From Candidatus Levybacteria bacterium RIFCSPHIGHO2_02_FULL_40_18 (GTDB lineage: Bacteria; Patescibacteriota; Microgenomatia; Levybacterales; GWA1-39-11), in NCBI GenBank assembly GCA_001782235.1, contig MFOC01000004.1, positions 115,328 through 179,327 of the forward strand: a stretch of DNA of 64,000 nucleotides, written 5' to 3'. The notes beneath the pieces were generated by a model. The model ran no database searches, had not been told where the DNA came from, and was given only the letters and a program-made list of their open reading frames with translations. Below, one piece after another: positions 1 to 9,586 of this stretch. Each line of letters opens with the position of its first letter. The stretch's first letter is position 1. The translations under genes were made by a program, and so were the position numbers.

Positions 1-587
1 GCGCTTCGGAGTTCGGCTGTGGCGCGTGGAGCTCCGCGTAACGGATTCTTCCTTCTCTTAAACTTAATAAAAAGACTTGGACCTGATTCTATTCCATGTG
101 GCGCTTCAACATGGGTCTCAAGTCTTGTTTGTTCTTCTGCTTTTTTTCTTTGTCCTTCTTGTTCGCTAGCGGCCTCCTTCTGTTTTTCTGCCTGCGCTTC
201 TTGTTCGGGTTTAGGTTGCCCAAGAGCGCTTGCAGCCTCACGACTAGTTGCTTCAAACCTTTGAAGACTTTCAGTGAGTCTTTTCTCTTCTTCTTCAATG
301 CGTCTTCTTGTCTCATCATCTAAACTTATTTCAGAAGTGACTTTTCCTTGCATAGCATCAAGTTCCCGCCTCGCTCGCTTGTAGCCCTCTAGTCCTTCCA
401 TTTTCTCGCGTCGCTCGATTGCATTAAGTTCTTCCTCGGACCTAAACTCATGTGAGGGATCTACATAGAGCATTCTTACAAGATCATGAGGAAAATTATC
501 GACCTGCTTTTTTACATTGCGTGTTGCGTCCCAAACAGGTTCCTTTAGAGCTTCGGCAACATTTTTGACTGGTCCTTTTGGCGACAT
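1..587 (-). CDS. hypothetical Glu/Lys/Arg-rich coiled-coil protein, partial (3' end beyond window start)
   Basis: ATG at 587-585 on the minus strand. I translated this frame by hand and found no stop through position 1 (MSPKGPVKNVAEALKEPVWDATRNV...IEEEEKRLTESLQRFEATSREAASALGQPKPEQEAQAEKQKEAASEQEGQRKKAEEQ...). It is absent from the ORF track, presumably because it is incomplete. No recognisable family. Confidence 0.4.
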   Translation of the reverse strand, partial: MSPKGPVKNVAEALKEPVWDATRNVKKQVDNFPHDLVRMLYVDPSHEFRSEEELNAIERREKMEGLEGYKRARRELDAMQGKVTSEISLDDETRRRIEEEEKRLTESLQRFEATSREAASALGQPKPEQEAQAEKQKEAASEQEGQRKKAEEQTRLETHVEAPHGIESGPSLFIKFKRRKNPLRGAPRATAELRS

Positions 588-612
588 ATTTAGAGTTTAT
601 AGCAAAAGTGGT

Positions 613-642
613 TTGACAAGCAAACCCAAATTGCGGTAGAAT
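613..642 (+). promoter_or_regulatory. sigma70-like promoter upstream of htrA (TTGACA, 18-nt spacer, TAGAAT)
   Basis: TTGACA at 613-618 and TAGAAT at 637-642, about 14 nt upstream of the ATG at 656. Lies in a divergent intergenic region. Confidence 0.5.
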
Positions 643-655
643 ATTTTCTTGCGCA

Positions 656-1753
656 ATGAGAAATTTAGGAATTCTACTCATAATTTTGATCGGAGCGCTT
701 TTTCTTCTTCAACAAACTACACCGAGTCGCGAAACCCAAAAAATAATTACCGAGCAGTCTGTTGTAATAGACGTAGTTAAAAAGGTTGGTCAGTCTGTTG
801 TTACTGTAGGAGCAGAGCAAACAGTTGAGAATTCCAGAAGTTTGAGACTCTCACCCTTTGGGTTTTTCTTTGAAGAGCCTGACAGCCTGCCGGATGATCA
901 AAAAGAAGACTATATTGGGTCGGGATTTGTTGTTGATAAAAGCGGTTTGATTGTAACAAATAAGCATGTTGTTTCAAATTCGGGCTTAAAATATATAATA
1001 GTCGATTCGAAAGGCAATAAATATAATGTCGGAAATATTTACCGTGATCCTCTAAATGACGTTGCAATATTGAAAGTTTCAAATCCACCGACCGGTGGTT
1101 TTACCTCTGTTGAATTTGGCGATTCGGATAAACTTGAAGTCGGACAATTTGCAATTGCGATAGGAACGGCACTTGGGGAATTTAGAAACACCGTTACAAC
1201 GGGCGTCATCTCAGGGCTTGGACGAGGTATCTCGGCAGGATCAGTTTACCAAGGATTCGTTGAAAGGCTCGATAATGTTATCCAGACAGACGCTGCGATA
1301 AATCCCGGAAACTCAGGCGGCCCGCTCCTAAATTCCTCAGGACAGGTTGTTGGAATCAATACGGCTATTGCCTCAGCCGGCCAGAATATTGGCTTTGCAA
1401 TTCCGATAAGCATCGTAAAGGAATCGCTCAAAAATTTTAATTCGACGGGTCAATTCAATCGAGCTTTCTTGGGTGTCTCATACGTGATGATAAGTCGGCG
1501 CGCGTCAACATTGAACGAATTGCCTCAGGGAGCATATGTTCGAGGCATAACGGAAGGATCTCCGGCACAAAAAGCAGGCCTTGCGCCGGAAGATGTAATC
1601 ACGAAAATCGATGGCGGGGCTGTAAGTGAGGAAAATAGTCTTGCGGTAATTATTAACAAGAAAAAAGTAGGGCAAGAAGTTACATTAACGGTTTTTAGAA
1701 ATGACAAGACAATTGAGATTAAAGCCACACTCACAGCAGCCCCCAACCAGTAA
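656..1753 (+). CDS. htrA: HtrA/DegP-family trypsin-like serine protease with C-terminal PDZ domain
   Basis: N-terminal hydrophobic anchor. Catalytic motifs TNKHVV (His), D, and GNSGGPLLNSSGQVVGINTA (Ser). A PDZ-like C-terminus. Confidence 0.85.
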   Translation: MRNLGILLIILIGALFLLQQTTPSRETQKIITEQSVVIDVVKKVGQSVVTVGAEQTVENSRSLRLSPFGFFFEEPDSLPDDQKEDYIGSGFVVDKSGLIVTNKHVVSNSGLKYIIVDSKGNKYNVGNIYRDPLNDVAILKVSNPPTGGFTSVEFGDSDKLEVGQFAIAIGTALGEFRNTVTTGVISGLGRGISAGSVYQGFVERLDNVIQTDAAINPGNSGGPLLNSSGQVVGINTAIASAGQNIGFAIPISIVKESLKNFNSTGQFNRAFLGVSYVMISRRASTLNELPQGAYVRGITEGSPAQKAGLAPEDVITKIDGGAVSEENSLAVIINKKKVGQEVTLTVFRNDKTIEIKATLTAAPNQ

Positions 1754-1808
1754 TGCCTCTTGTAATTCTAAGCTCAATTCTGTATCATTAGGCAAGATTT
1801 TATAGTTT

Positions 1809-2081
1809 ATGAGAAAGTATCAATTGGTGGTGGTATTAAAACCAGACCTTAAAAAGGATCAAAAAGACAAGCTTTTTACGGACGTTAAAAAACTAATGGG
1901 CAATGTTTCGGGCGATAAACTAGAATCGCTCGGTGAGAAAAAGCTCTCATATCCGATCAAGCGCGAGAGAAGAGGAGAGTTTGCAGTTCTTGCTTTTGAA
2001 GCAGATAATATTGCTCAAGATTTTAATAAAAGAATCGGAATAAAAGAAGAGGTATTAAGACACCTCCTAGTTAGGAACTAA
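1809..2081 (+). CDS. rpsF: 30S ribosomal protein S6
   Basis: MRKYQLVVVLKPDL... is a typical bS6 N-terminus, about 90 aa. It is the first gene of the conserved rpsF-ssb-rpsR arrangement. Confidence 0.85.
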   Translation: MRKYQLVVVLKPDLKKDQKDKLFTDVKKLMGNVSGDKLESLGEKKLSYPIKRERRGEFAVLAFEADNIAQDFNKRIGIKEEVLRHLLVRN

Positions 2082-2145
2082 GACTAAAGGACTAAAGTGA
2101 TTAAGATTAATCATTTTAATCTTTTAATCTTGAAATCTTAAATTT

Positions 2146-2703
2146 ATGGCAAGAAGTTTAAATAAGGCAGAGTTGATAGGAAATTTGACGCGAGATCCTG
2201 AACTACGCTACACACCCCAAGGAACAGCCGTATGCACTTTTGGTCTTGCGACAAATAGGTCATGGGTTACAGATTCGGGTGAGAAAAAAGAAGAAGCGGA
2301 TTTTCATCGTTTAGTTGCCTGGAATAAATTAGCAGAGCTTTGTTCTCAACTTTTGACAAAAGGAAGAAAGATTTACGTTGAAGGGAGACTTTCAAACAGG
2401 ACATGGACAGGACAGGATGGCGTTCAGAGAAATATAACGGAAATTGTAATAAATGACATGATAATTTTGGACTCAAGACGTGATACGGGAGAGGCAAGAG
2501 GAGAGGTGCCTATGCCTGAATTTTTGGAAGAAAGAAGTTCTACGCCAAGCGAGGCCGCAACTGAATCGGAAGATAAGTCCCGCGAAGCGGGATCCCGCTC
2601 TGCGGGAAAAAAAACAAAGGCCGCCTCCCCCCCGCCTGGGCGGGCCTCTGGCGGGCAGAAGGAAGAGGCGAGCGATATAAATCCTGAAGACATCCCTTTT
2701 TAA
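2146..2703 (+). CDS. ssb: single-stranded DNA-binding protein
   Basis: OB-fold N-terminus ([34 protein letters not shown]...). Gly/Pro/Ser-rich tail ending in the acidic DIPF motif. Confidence 0.9.
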   Translation: MARSLNKAELIGNLTRDPELRYTPQGTAVCTFGLATNRSWVTDSGEKKEEADFHRLVAWNKLAELCSQLLTKGRKIYVEGRLSNRTWTGQDGVQRNITEIVINDMIILDSRRDTGEARGEVPMPEFLEERSSTPSEAATESEDKSREAGSRSAGKKTKAASPPPGRASGGQKEEASDINPEDIPF

Positions 2704-2740
2704 TTTGCCTGCCTGTAGCGCAGGCAGGGAATTCAGAATT

Positions 2741-2998
2741 ATGAAAAGCACAAGAACTAAAAGCACGAGAAAACCAAGAAGATTGCAAGAGACAAAGGTT
2801 GATTGTTTTTTTTGCAAAGAAGAGAAAACCCCCTCATTTCTTGAGGAGGTAGTATTGTCGCGATTCATTACCGAACGAGGCAAAATAGTTGCTCGTTCAA
2901 GATCCGGTCTTTGCGCAAAGCATCAAAGAAAACTAACGCAAGAAATTAACCGCGCAAGATATCTCGCGCTTCTCCCTTACGTAGTCAGACCAGAATAA
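2741..2998 (+). CDS. rpsR: 30S ribosomal protein S18
   Basis: CFFC...[40 protein letters not shown] is the bS18 signature. The likely start is the internal ATG at 2741; the track ORF begins at 2705. Confidence 0.85.
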   Translation: MKSTRTKSTRKPRRLQETKVDCFFCKEEKTPSFLEEVVLSRFITERGKIVARSRSGLCAKHQRKLTQEINRARYLALLPYVVRPE

Positions 2999-3059
2999 AG
3001 GTCAACTTCGCATGCGTGCTGCTTGAACTACCTTCTGAAAACTTGTATCATAGTATCTT

Positions 3060-4340
3060 ATGCAAAAAATTATTTCGCTGAGAATATTCCAACTGATTAT
3101 TGTTGTTTTGATATCCCTTGCAATAGGTTATGTTCTAGGCATAAACCGCGTTGCTCTTTCCTGGAAAGACTACAAGCCGATTGTCTCAATTCTTTCTCGC
3201 AATCCTCCGCCCAGTCAGACTTTGGACATGCGACTGTTTTATGAGATTCTTGACCGAGTAAACCAAGACTATTATGATAAAACAAAAATTGACGCAACAA
3301 AACTTCTATACGGCGCAATAAATGGACTTCTTTCATCTCTTGAAGATCCTTACACATCTTTTTTCCCACCAAAAGAAAATACGGAATTTAAAACACAACT
3401 CGCAGGGGAATTCACCGGTATTGGCGCGGAGCTATCGCTTTCGCCGGATAATCGAATTATGGTTGTTGCGCCTCTTGATGAGTCACCTGCACAAAAAGCA
3501 GGTATTCGATCGCAAGACATAATATTAAAGGTGGATAGTGAGGAAACTTTGGGATGGACAGTTGCAAAAGCTGTCGAAAAAATAAGAGGACCAAAGGGTA
3601 CAACAGTCGAATTAACAGTTCTGCACGATAAAGAAAAATCACCTACTCCAGTAAAGATGGTTAGAAGCATAATAGTTATCAAAAGCGTTACCGGATGGGT
3701 GAAAAATATTTCATGTGCGAAAGATTCCTGTTCGGAGAATAATTCTGGCAGCCCCATCGCCTATATTCGGCTGTCCCAATTTGGAGATAAAACAAATGAT
3801 GAGTGGATTTCTGTGGTTAATTCAATTAATACAAAGGTAAGTGAAAAAGATTTTCGTGGAATAATTCTTGATGTTCGTAATAACCCCGGTGGATACCTTA
3901 ACGATGCTGTCTTCATTGCATCCGAATTCTTGCGAAGCGGAGTAGTGGTAATTCAAGAGGATGATTCAAAAAATCAAGACGCCCTTCGAGTTTCAAGGCG
4001 CGGGACATTACTTGACGAGTCCTTAATAGTTTTAATAAACAAGGGATCGGCGTCAGCCTCAGAGATTGTTGCCGGGGCACTACGCGATCAAAAACGCGCA
4101 AAGCTTTTAGGAGAAAAAACCTTTGGGAAAGGTACGATTCAACAGGCGGTTGACGTTGATAACGGAGCAAGTCTTCATATCTCGGTTGCCAAATGGTTAA
4201 CTCCAAATGGGACGTGGGTAAATAAAGTTGGCATCGAGCCCGATATTAACATTGAGCTTGACGCCACAAAAAGCGCAAATCTCAAAGAAGGCGAGTTCGA
4301 TTACCAACTAGAAACCGCAATTCGCCAGCTCCTCAAATAA
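3060..4340 (+). CDS. ctpA: S41-family C-terminal processing (tail-specific) peptidase with PDZ domain
   Basis: N-terminal TM segment. PDZ region (GIGAELS...PAQKAGIRSQDIILKVD). S41 catalytic region (VLINKGSASASEIVAGALRDQKRAKLLGEKTFGKG). Confidence 0.8.
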   Translation: MQKIISLRIFQLIIVVLISLAIGYVLGINRVALSWKDYKPIVSILSRNPPPSQTLDMRLFYEILDRVNQDYYDKTKIDATKLLYGAINGLLSSLEDPYTSFFPPKENTEFKTQLAGEFTGIGAELSLSPDNRIMVVAPLDESPAQKAGIRSQDIILKVDSEETLGWTVAKAVEKIRGPKGTTVELTVLHDKEKSPTPVKMVRSIIVIKSVTGWVKNISCAKDSCSENNSGSPIAYIRLSQFGDKTNDEWISVVNSINTKVSEKDFRGIILDVRNNPGGYLNDAVFIASEFLRSGVVVIQEDDSKNQDALRVSRRGTLLDESLIVLINKGSASASEIVAGALRDQKRAKLLGEKTFGKGTIQQAVDVDNGASLHISVAKWLTPNGTWVNKVGIEPDINIELDATKSANLKEGEFDYQLETAIRQLLK

Positions 4341-4425
4341 ACATTGCAAATAGCTACATGGCTAAAATAGCTAAATAGTTTGAACTATTCTAACCATTCA
4401 ACTATTTAACTATTCTTTATATTTC
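4341..4425. repeat. dispersed AT-rich intergenic repeat, family A (words atagctacat / gctaaaatagctaaatagtt / aactatt)
   Basis: Related copies at 24012-24095 (inverted), 44365-44440 and 54781-54856. Confidence 0.5.
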
Positions 4426-4440
4426 TGTTAAAATTCGAAT

Positions 4441-5826
4441 ATGAAGCTTTATAATACGCTGTCGCGTTCGATAGAAGAATTTGAACCGCTGGATCCGCCC
4501 AATGTTGGGCTGTATGCTTGTGGACCAACGGTTTATGATTACACGCATATTGGGCATCTTCGAAAATATATAAATGATGATCTTCTTGTTCGAACACTTG
4601 CCGCAAACCGATATAAAGTTCGTCATGTGATGAATATAACCGATGTCGGGCATTTAACTTCAGATGCGGACGCAGGGGAAGATAAACTTGAGAAGGGTGC
4701 CGCAAAGCTTGGCAAAAGCGTTCTTGAAGTTGCAAAGTATTTTGAAGACGATTTTTGGAAGTCGTTAGCACTTGTAAATGTTGAGAAACCAGATGTTACA
4801 GCCCGCGCAACAGAACATATTGATGATCAGATCGCATTAATCGAAACGCTTATCGATAAAGGCTATACCTACAAAACTCGCCAGGCAATATATTTCGACA
4901 TTTCAAAATTTCCAAATTACACCAAACTTTCACGACAGAAACTTTCGGAGAAAATGGCAGGGGCAAGGGGAGATGTGGTTGTTGACGCAAGAAAGCGCAA
5001 TCCGGCTGACTTTGCTCTGTGGTTTTTTACGGTCGACCGATTCGCTAATCACACATTGCGATGGAAATCTCCATTTGGTGAGGGGTTTCCCGGTTGGCAT
5101 ATTGAGTGTTCCGCTATGTCAATGAAATATCTAGGTTTAAGTTTTGACATTCATACAGGAGGCACTGATCATATCCCGGTCCATCATACTAATGAAATTG
5201 CCCAGAGTGAGGCGGCAACAGGCGCGCCCTTTGTAAAATATTGGGTTCATCACGCATTCCTAACTGTCGAGGATGAGAAAATGGCAAAATCAAAAGGCAA
5301 TTTTTATCGAATAAGCGAGTTAGTTGAAAAAGGCTATAATCCACTTGCTTTCCGATATCTTACTTTTCAGACCCATTATCGATCTGAGATGAATTTTACT
5401 TTCGAATCGCTCGCGGGTGCAAAACTTGCCTTAAATAGGCTATACGAAAGGGCCTCTTACTTTAAAGAAGTTCATAAACACGCCGATATCGAATTTGAAA
5501 GAGACTTCCTTGATTCTTTGTCGCAAGATCTAAACACACCGCGCGCGCTTTCAATCATGTGGGGTATGTTAGGATCAAATCTTTCGGATTCGGTAAAGGC
5601 CTCGACCCTTTATAAAATGGATGAAGTTTTAGGTTTGAAGATAAAAGAGAATGCTGTCTTACTACATGATATTCCCGAGTCGGTTATGAAATTAGTTCAT
5701 GATCGAGAGGAGCTTCGCAAACAAAAGCAATTCACAAGAGCAGATCATCTAAGAAGCAAACTTGAAAAAATGGGCTACATTTTGGATGATGAAAAGGATC
5801 GAACAAGAGTCCTTCGCAAGATATAG
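4441..5826 (+). CDS. cysS: cysteine--tRNA ligase
   Basis: Class I motifs: [15 protein letters not shown] (HIGH) and KMAKSKGN (KMSKS). Typical CysRS N-terminus MKLYNTLSR. Confidence 0.9.
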   Translation: MKLYNTLSRSIEEFEPLDPPNVGLYACGPTVYDYTHIGHLRKYINDDLLVRTLAANRYKVRHVMNITDVGHLTSDADAGEDKLEKGAAKLGKSVLEVAKYFEDDFWKSLALVNVEKPDVTARATEHIDDQIALIETLIDKGYTYKTRQAIYFDISKFPNYTKLSRQKLSEKMAGARGDVVVDARKRNPADFALWFFTVDRFANHTLRWKSPFGEGFPGWHIECSAMSMKYLGLSFDIHTGGTDHIPVHHTNEIAQSEAATGAPFVKYWVHHAFLTVEDEKMAKSKGNFYRISELVEKGYNPLAFRYLTFQTHYRSEMNFTFESLAGAKLALNRLYERASYFKEVHKHADIEFERDFLDSLSQDLNTPRALSIMWGMLGSNLSDSVKASTLYKMDEVLGLKIKENAVLLHDIPESVMKLVHDREELRKQKQFTRADHLRSKLEKMGYILDDEKDRTRVLRKI

Positions 5827-5884
5827 ATTCGAAACAAATCACTTAAATCCCAAATCCTAAGCACTAAATCCTAAACAAATACCA

Positions 5885-5985
5885 GTAATAGAAATTGGTA
5901 ATTGGAAACAATACTATTCCATTTTCCATTCTCTATTTTCCATTACCATTTTCTATTTTCTAACAACCATTGTCTATTAGTTAAT
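5885..5985. repeat. dispersed intergenic repeat, family D (aaattggtaat / ccattttccattctctattttccattacc / aacaaccatt)
   Basis: A highly similar copy in inverted orientation at 10241-10310. Confidence 0.5.
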
Positions 5986-5993
5986 ATTGTTTA

Positions 5994-6053
5994 GAATTTA
6001 GATATTAGATATTAGATATTAGATATTAGATATTAGATATTAGATATTAGAAT
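5994..6053. repeat. tandem 7-bp microsatellite (GATATTA)n, about 8 copies
   Basis: gatattagatattagatattag... read directly. Intergenic, between cysS and a minus-strand gene. Confidence 0.85.
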
Positions 6054-6863
6054 TTACCTGGTGGATGTGTTTGTTGGCGTAGGCGTTCCAGATTCCTCAA
6101 CGGGTGCGTACTTCAAAAGAACTTCCGATATTGGTAAATTTGCAAAATGAATTATCCGAGAAGCGTTAACAGTTTCTTTGCTATTCAAATCGGGGAACCC
6201 AATAACAATAACTCTTTGCCCCACTAAAACCTTTGAAAATCCTGACTTTGTTAAAGTTTTATCATCCCATACATTTGTTTTTGTGGAACTCTCAATGTCA
6301 ATATTATTAGTTTTACCGCCTGAGTCAATGACCGTCAAAGTAAATTCGCGGGAATTCTTCCCTGTTACAACGCCTTCAATATTGATTGGAACATTCTCAG
6401 AAACATTTATAAATCGTGCCAAAAGTCTTTTGGTATCCTTGTTATATAGGCCGATAGCCGAAATTCTATCTCCCTCTTTAATGTCTGAAATCCCAAAAGA
6501 GCTTTTGCTTGAAACAAATTTTGTTAACTCATCAATATCTATTGATCTTTGATCCTCTTTATGATCCTCAATGACTATTTGGGAATTTGATATTCTTTTA
6601 ACAACGCCTAATATTCCTCTTTTATCAACAAGCTTTAATTCCGCAACTTTTGACGCCACAAGATCTTTTATCTTTTCAATGGTGTCTTGTTCCTTTTCTT
6701 CAGCAGTAATCTGCGGAGTAGGGGATGGCGCCGCCCCGGAGGGGCTCTGCCCCGGAGTGGGGGTCGGAGTTTTTGTCTGAGCCGCAATAGGGCGGGACAT
6801 AATAGTTACAATTGTTATAAAAATTATAACCATTGTAATAGAACTATTTAAAGCATTTTTCAT
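6054..6863 (-). CDS. hypothetical secreted/membrane-anchored protein with Pro/Thr-rich linker
   Basis: N-terminal hydrophobic segment, then TPTPTPGQSPSGAAPSPTPQ linker. C-terminus GTPTPTNTSTR. No recognisable catalytic motif. Confidence 0.45.
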   Translation of the reverse strand: MKNALNSSITMVIIFITIVTIMSRPIAAQTKTPTPTPGQSPSGAAPSPTPQITAEEKEQDTIEKIKDLVASKVAELKLVDKRGILGVVKRISNSQIVIEDHKEDQRSIDIDELTKFVSSKSSFGISDIKEGDRISAIGLYNKDTKRLLARFINVSENVPINIEGVVTGKNSREFTLTVIDSGGKTNNIDIESSTKTNVWDDKTLTKSGFSKVLVGQRVIVIGFPDLNSKETVNASRIIHFANLPISEVLLKYAPVEESGTPTPTNTSTR

Positions 6864-6864
6864 T

Positions 6865-7281
6865 TTAGAATTCCTCCGTTGAAAAGGTGACTACTCGTCT
6901 GTCGAAAGCTTCTTCCCCATTTGGCGCAATCGCTCGAATAACTATCACATTTGCGCCGGCATCTATTGTGATTGTTACGGAAAATCTGCCGTCAGACGTT
7001 GGCTTTACAACTTCATCCTCAATATTGGTTGAAACAATTATTATGTTGTCAGGATCTGTTTTGCCTTTCATCTGTATAGATCTCCTATCAGAAATTTGCT
7101 CATCGGAAGGAGCATCTATCGAAAGATAAACATTTGCGGCAGGCGCTTTTGTAGGACCCGCCACCGTATTGATAGCTCTTTGCGGAATGGTTTTTGTTTG
7201 CTGGTATAAGAAGAATATAAGAGTTGTTACGAGAAGTCCTATTGCTATCGCAATAAAAACAATAACAATCCGCTCACGCAT
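6865..7281 (-). CDS. hypothetical membrane-anchored protein
   Basis: N-terminal TM helix (IVIVFIAIAIGLLVTTLIFFLY). Separated by 1 nt from the downstream ORF, so likely co-transcribed. Confidence 0.45.
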   Translation of the reverse strand: MRERIVIVFIAIAIGLLVTTLIFFLYQQTKTIPQRAINTVAGPTKAPAANVYLSIDAPSDEQISDRRSIQMKGKTDPDNIIIVSTNIEDEVVKPTSDGRFSVTITIDAGANVIVIRAIAPNGEEAFDRRVVTFSTEEF

Positions 7282-7415
7282 AAGTTGATTTCACCAATGA
7301 TAGATTAAAAATGCTTACTTGTCAACCCATTCGGCTTCGCCGCGTTTGACGCGGCTTCGCTCAGGTTTGGCAACCATAGCTTGAGATAGTAACGGTTGCC
7401 AAGGAAGGAGGATTT

Positions 7416-7934
7416 GTGATAGGATATTGTACTTTTATGGAATTAGCAAAAATTGGAAATTCGGGTGTCAGAATTAGATCGAAAAAAACCGCGTTTATAG
7501 TTGATCCTGCGGATGGTAAAACTGAGGGAGATGTTGTTCTTCTTTACGAAAAGCCAAAAGATTATTCAATCTTTTCAGGGAAATTGGTTATAGATAGCCC
7601 CGGGGAATATGAAGTGGGAGGGGTTAGTATTAAAGGAGAAATGGTTCGCAATAGCTTAGCCTTTGAGTTTCTTGAGGATGGTCAGAAGCTTGTTATAATT
7701 TCGAATACTGATATAATGGGCGACATTGAGACCGAGGACGTGAAAGCTGTTTTAGTCCGTCTCACAAGAAAACTTGGCGATGAAGCCCTCTCATCAATTC
7801 AGTCAGAAGTAGTATGTTTTTATGGGCCTAGCGAGTTTTTGCCACAGGAAAAAGATGCTCTGAAAAGAGTAGATAAAATCAATCTCAAAAAGACAGAAGA
7901 GCTAAAAGGATACTTAGTATATCTAACCAAATAA
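7416..7934 (+). CDS. hypothetical protein
   Basis: 172-aa ORF with no recognisable motif. Checked for a metallo-beta-lactamase HxHxDH motif; none found. Confidence 0.4.
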   Translation: MIGYCTFMELAKIGNSGVRIRSKKTAFIVDPADGKTEGDVVLLYEKPKDYSIFSGKLVIDSPGEYEVGGVSIKGEMVRNSLAFEFLEDGQKLVIISNTDIMGDIETEDVKAVLVRLTRKLGDEALSSIQSEVVCFYGPSEFLPQEKDALKRVDKINLKKTEELKGYLVYLTK

Positions 7935-8017
7935 TACATAGATAATAGTGACTAGATACTAGCTACTAGGGATTTGTTCTATCTATTATCTAATATCTAT
8001 TATCTAACATCTAAAAT

Positions 8018-9352
8018 ATGGCTGTTTCCCGGATTCCACCAAACAATATTGAAGCAGAGCAAGCAGTTCTCGGGGCTCTTCTCATAGATCACGAGGCTAT
8101 TAATACTGTAAGCCAAATGGTAAAACCAGAATACTTTTACGAAGACAACAACAAAAAAATTTATAAATGCATGCTCTCATTATACGAGGAGAGAAAGCCA
8201 ATTGACCTTTTAACCCTGACACACATCCTTAAAAAGAAAAAAAGCTATGATCAGATTGGAGGATCGGAATATCTCACAAGTCTTGCAAACTCTGTTCCAA
8301 CCGCTGCCAATATTGAGCATTACGCAAATATCTTGCGAGAAACCTATCTTAGAAGGTCGTTAATTACCGTAGCGGGAACAATGACTGACCTTTCTTTCTC
8401 GGACAATGAAGCAGAAGAGGTTCTGAACCGTGTAGAACAGGAGATTTTTAGTTTGTCTCAGGAATCTGTCAGGCAGGGATTTATTCATGTAAGAGAGGCT
8501 CTGGCAGAAAGCTTTGATAAATTAGACGAATTACATAAGAGAGAAGCGTTATATAGAGGAATAGCCACAGGGTTTGTGGATTTAGACCTTTTGCTTTCAG
8601 GGCTTCAGGACTCAAACTTAATAGTTCTGGCCGCTCGTCCCGGGCAGGGAAAGACCGCGTTTGTCGTAAATGTAGCCCAATATGTAGCCTCGATACTTAA
8701 GATCCCTGTTGGCATGTTCTCTTTGGAAATGAGCAAAGAAGAACTGGTTGATAGGTTATTGATAAGTCAGGCCAACATAGATGCTTGGAAACTTAAAACC
8801 GGAAAACTTTCAGATGAAGATTTTGAAAAACTCTCGCAAGCCATGGGAGAACTTGCCGAGGCTCCAATCTATATAGACGATACTCCGGGAGCCACAATAT
8901 CTGAAATGAGATCTAAGGCTCGTCGTCTTCAGATTGAACATGAGATGAAGCTTCTGATAGTAGATTATATGCAGTTGGTTAATCCCGGTCGCAGATTTGA
9001 AAACCGCGTACAAGAAGTTTCTTTTATATCGCAGTCTCTTAAGAATCTTGCGCGCGAATTAAAAATTCCAATTTTGGCCGTTTCTCAATTGTCGCGAGCT
9101 GTTGAACACAGAGGAATTCGAAAACCTCAATTAGCTGATCTTCGAGAATCAGGAGCGATAGAGCAGGACGCAGACGTAGTCGTTTTTCTTTACACGGAGG
9201 ATGAGGAGTTTACGCCTCAGAGAATTGTTAAGGTTGTCGTCGCAAAGCACAGAAACGGCCCGGTAGGGGAGAGAGAGTTGCTTTTCCGTGGCGATCGTAT
9301 CAAATTCTTCAATATAGAACGCACCCAAGACGAAGCCCCAGCCACCAACTGA
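8018..9352 (+). CDS. dnaB: replicative DNA helicase DnaB
   Basis: N-terminal IPPNNIEAEQAVLGALLID. Walker A AARPGQGKTAF. RecA-like C-terminal domain. Confidence 0.9.
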   Translation: MAVSRIPPNNIEAEQAVLGALLIDHEAINTVSQMVKPEYFYEDNNKKIYKCMLSLYEERKPIDLLTLTHILKKKKSYDQIGGSEYLTSLANSVPTAANIEHYANILRETYLRRSLITVAGTMTDLSFSDNEAEEVLNRVEQEIFSLSQESVRQGFIHVREALAESFDKLDELHKREALYRGIATGFVDLDLLLSGLQDSNLIVLAARPGQGKTAFVVNVAQYVASILKIPVGMFSLEMSKEELVDRLLISQANIDAWKLKTGKLSDEDFEKLSQAMGELAEAPIYIDDTPGATISEMRSKARRLQIEHEMKLLIVDYMQLVNPGRRFENRVQEVSFISQSLKNLARELKIPILAVSQLSRAVEHRGIRKPQLADLRESGAIEQDADVVVFLYTEDEEFTPQRIVKVVVAKHRNGPVGERELLFRGDRIKFFNIERTQDEAPATN

Positions 9353-9370
9353 GGCTTTGCCTCATCCTGA

Positions 9371-9387
9371 GGTCACGTGAGGTGACC
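9371..9387 (+). terminator. stem-loop downstream of dnaB (GGTCAC-GTGAG-GTGACC); no U-tract
   Basis: Perfect 6-bp stem read directly. Weak as an intrinsic terminator because no T-run follows. Confidence 0.25.
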
Positions 9388-9437
9388 GAAGGATCTCTAC
9401 GAAATAGTCTCCTTTTTAGTATAATATCCATGTCTTA

Positions 9438-9508
9438 GGGCCTATGGTTGAACGGTACAACACTGCATTCGCATTGCAGAGGTTCGGGTTCAATTCCCGA
9501 TAGGTCCA
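9438..9508 (+). tRNA. tRNA-Ala (anticodon CGC)
   Basis: Folded by hand. Acceptor GGGCCTA/TAGGTCC with a G3:U70 pair (Ala identity). D arm GTTG-AACGGTA-CAAC. Anticodon arm CTGCA-TTCGCAT-TGCAG. T arm TCGGG-TTCAATT-CCCGA. Discriminator A; CCA not encoded. A TATAAT box lies at 9417-9422. Confidence 0.75.
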
Positions 9509-9510
9509 CA

Positions 9511-9565
9511 GGTATCTAACGGGGTGAACATTGCGGAGACGGGAGTTCGATTCTCCCATGGTCCA
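9511..9565 (+). other. tRNA 3'-half-like fragment (T-arm GGGAG-TTCGATT-CTCCC plus ATGGTCC-A); no matching 5' acceptor found
   Basis: Lies immediately 3' of tRNA-Ala. It has a perfect T-arm and repeats the GGTCCACA 3' end. I could not fold a complete cloverleaf by eye. Confidence 0.3.
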
Positions 9566-9586
9566 CACATCGACTCGCTAGCTCGC

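Noticed and set aside
5994-6053. Possible CRISPR array
   Set aside because: The unit is only 7 bp with no spacers, so it is a simple microsatellite. No repeat-spacer architecture or cas genes were seen anywhere in the window.
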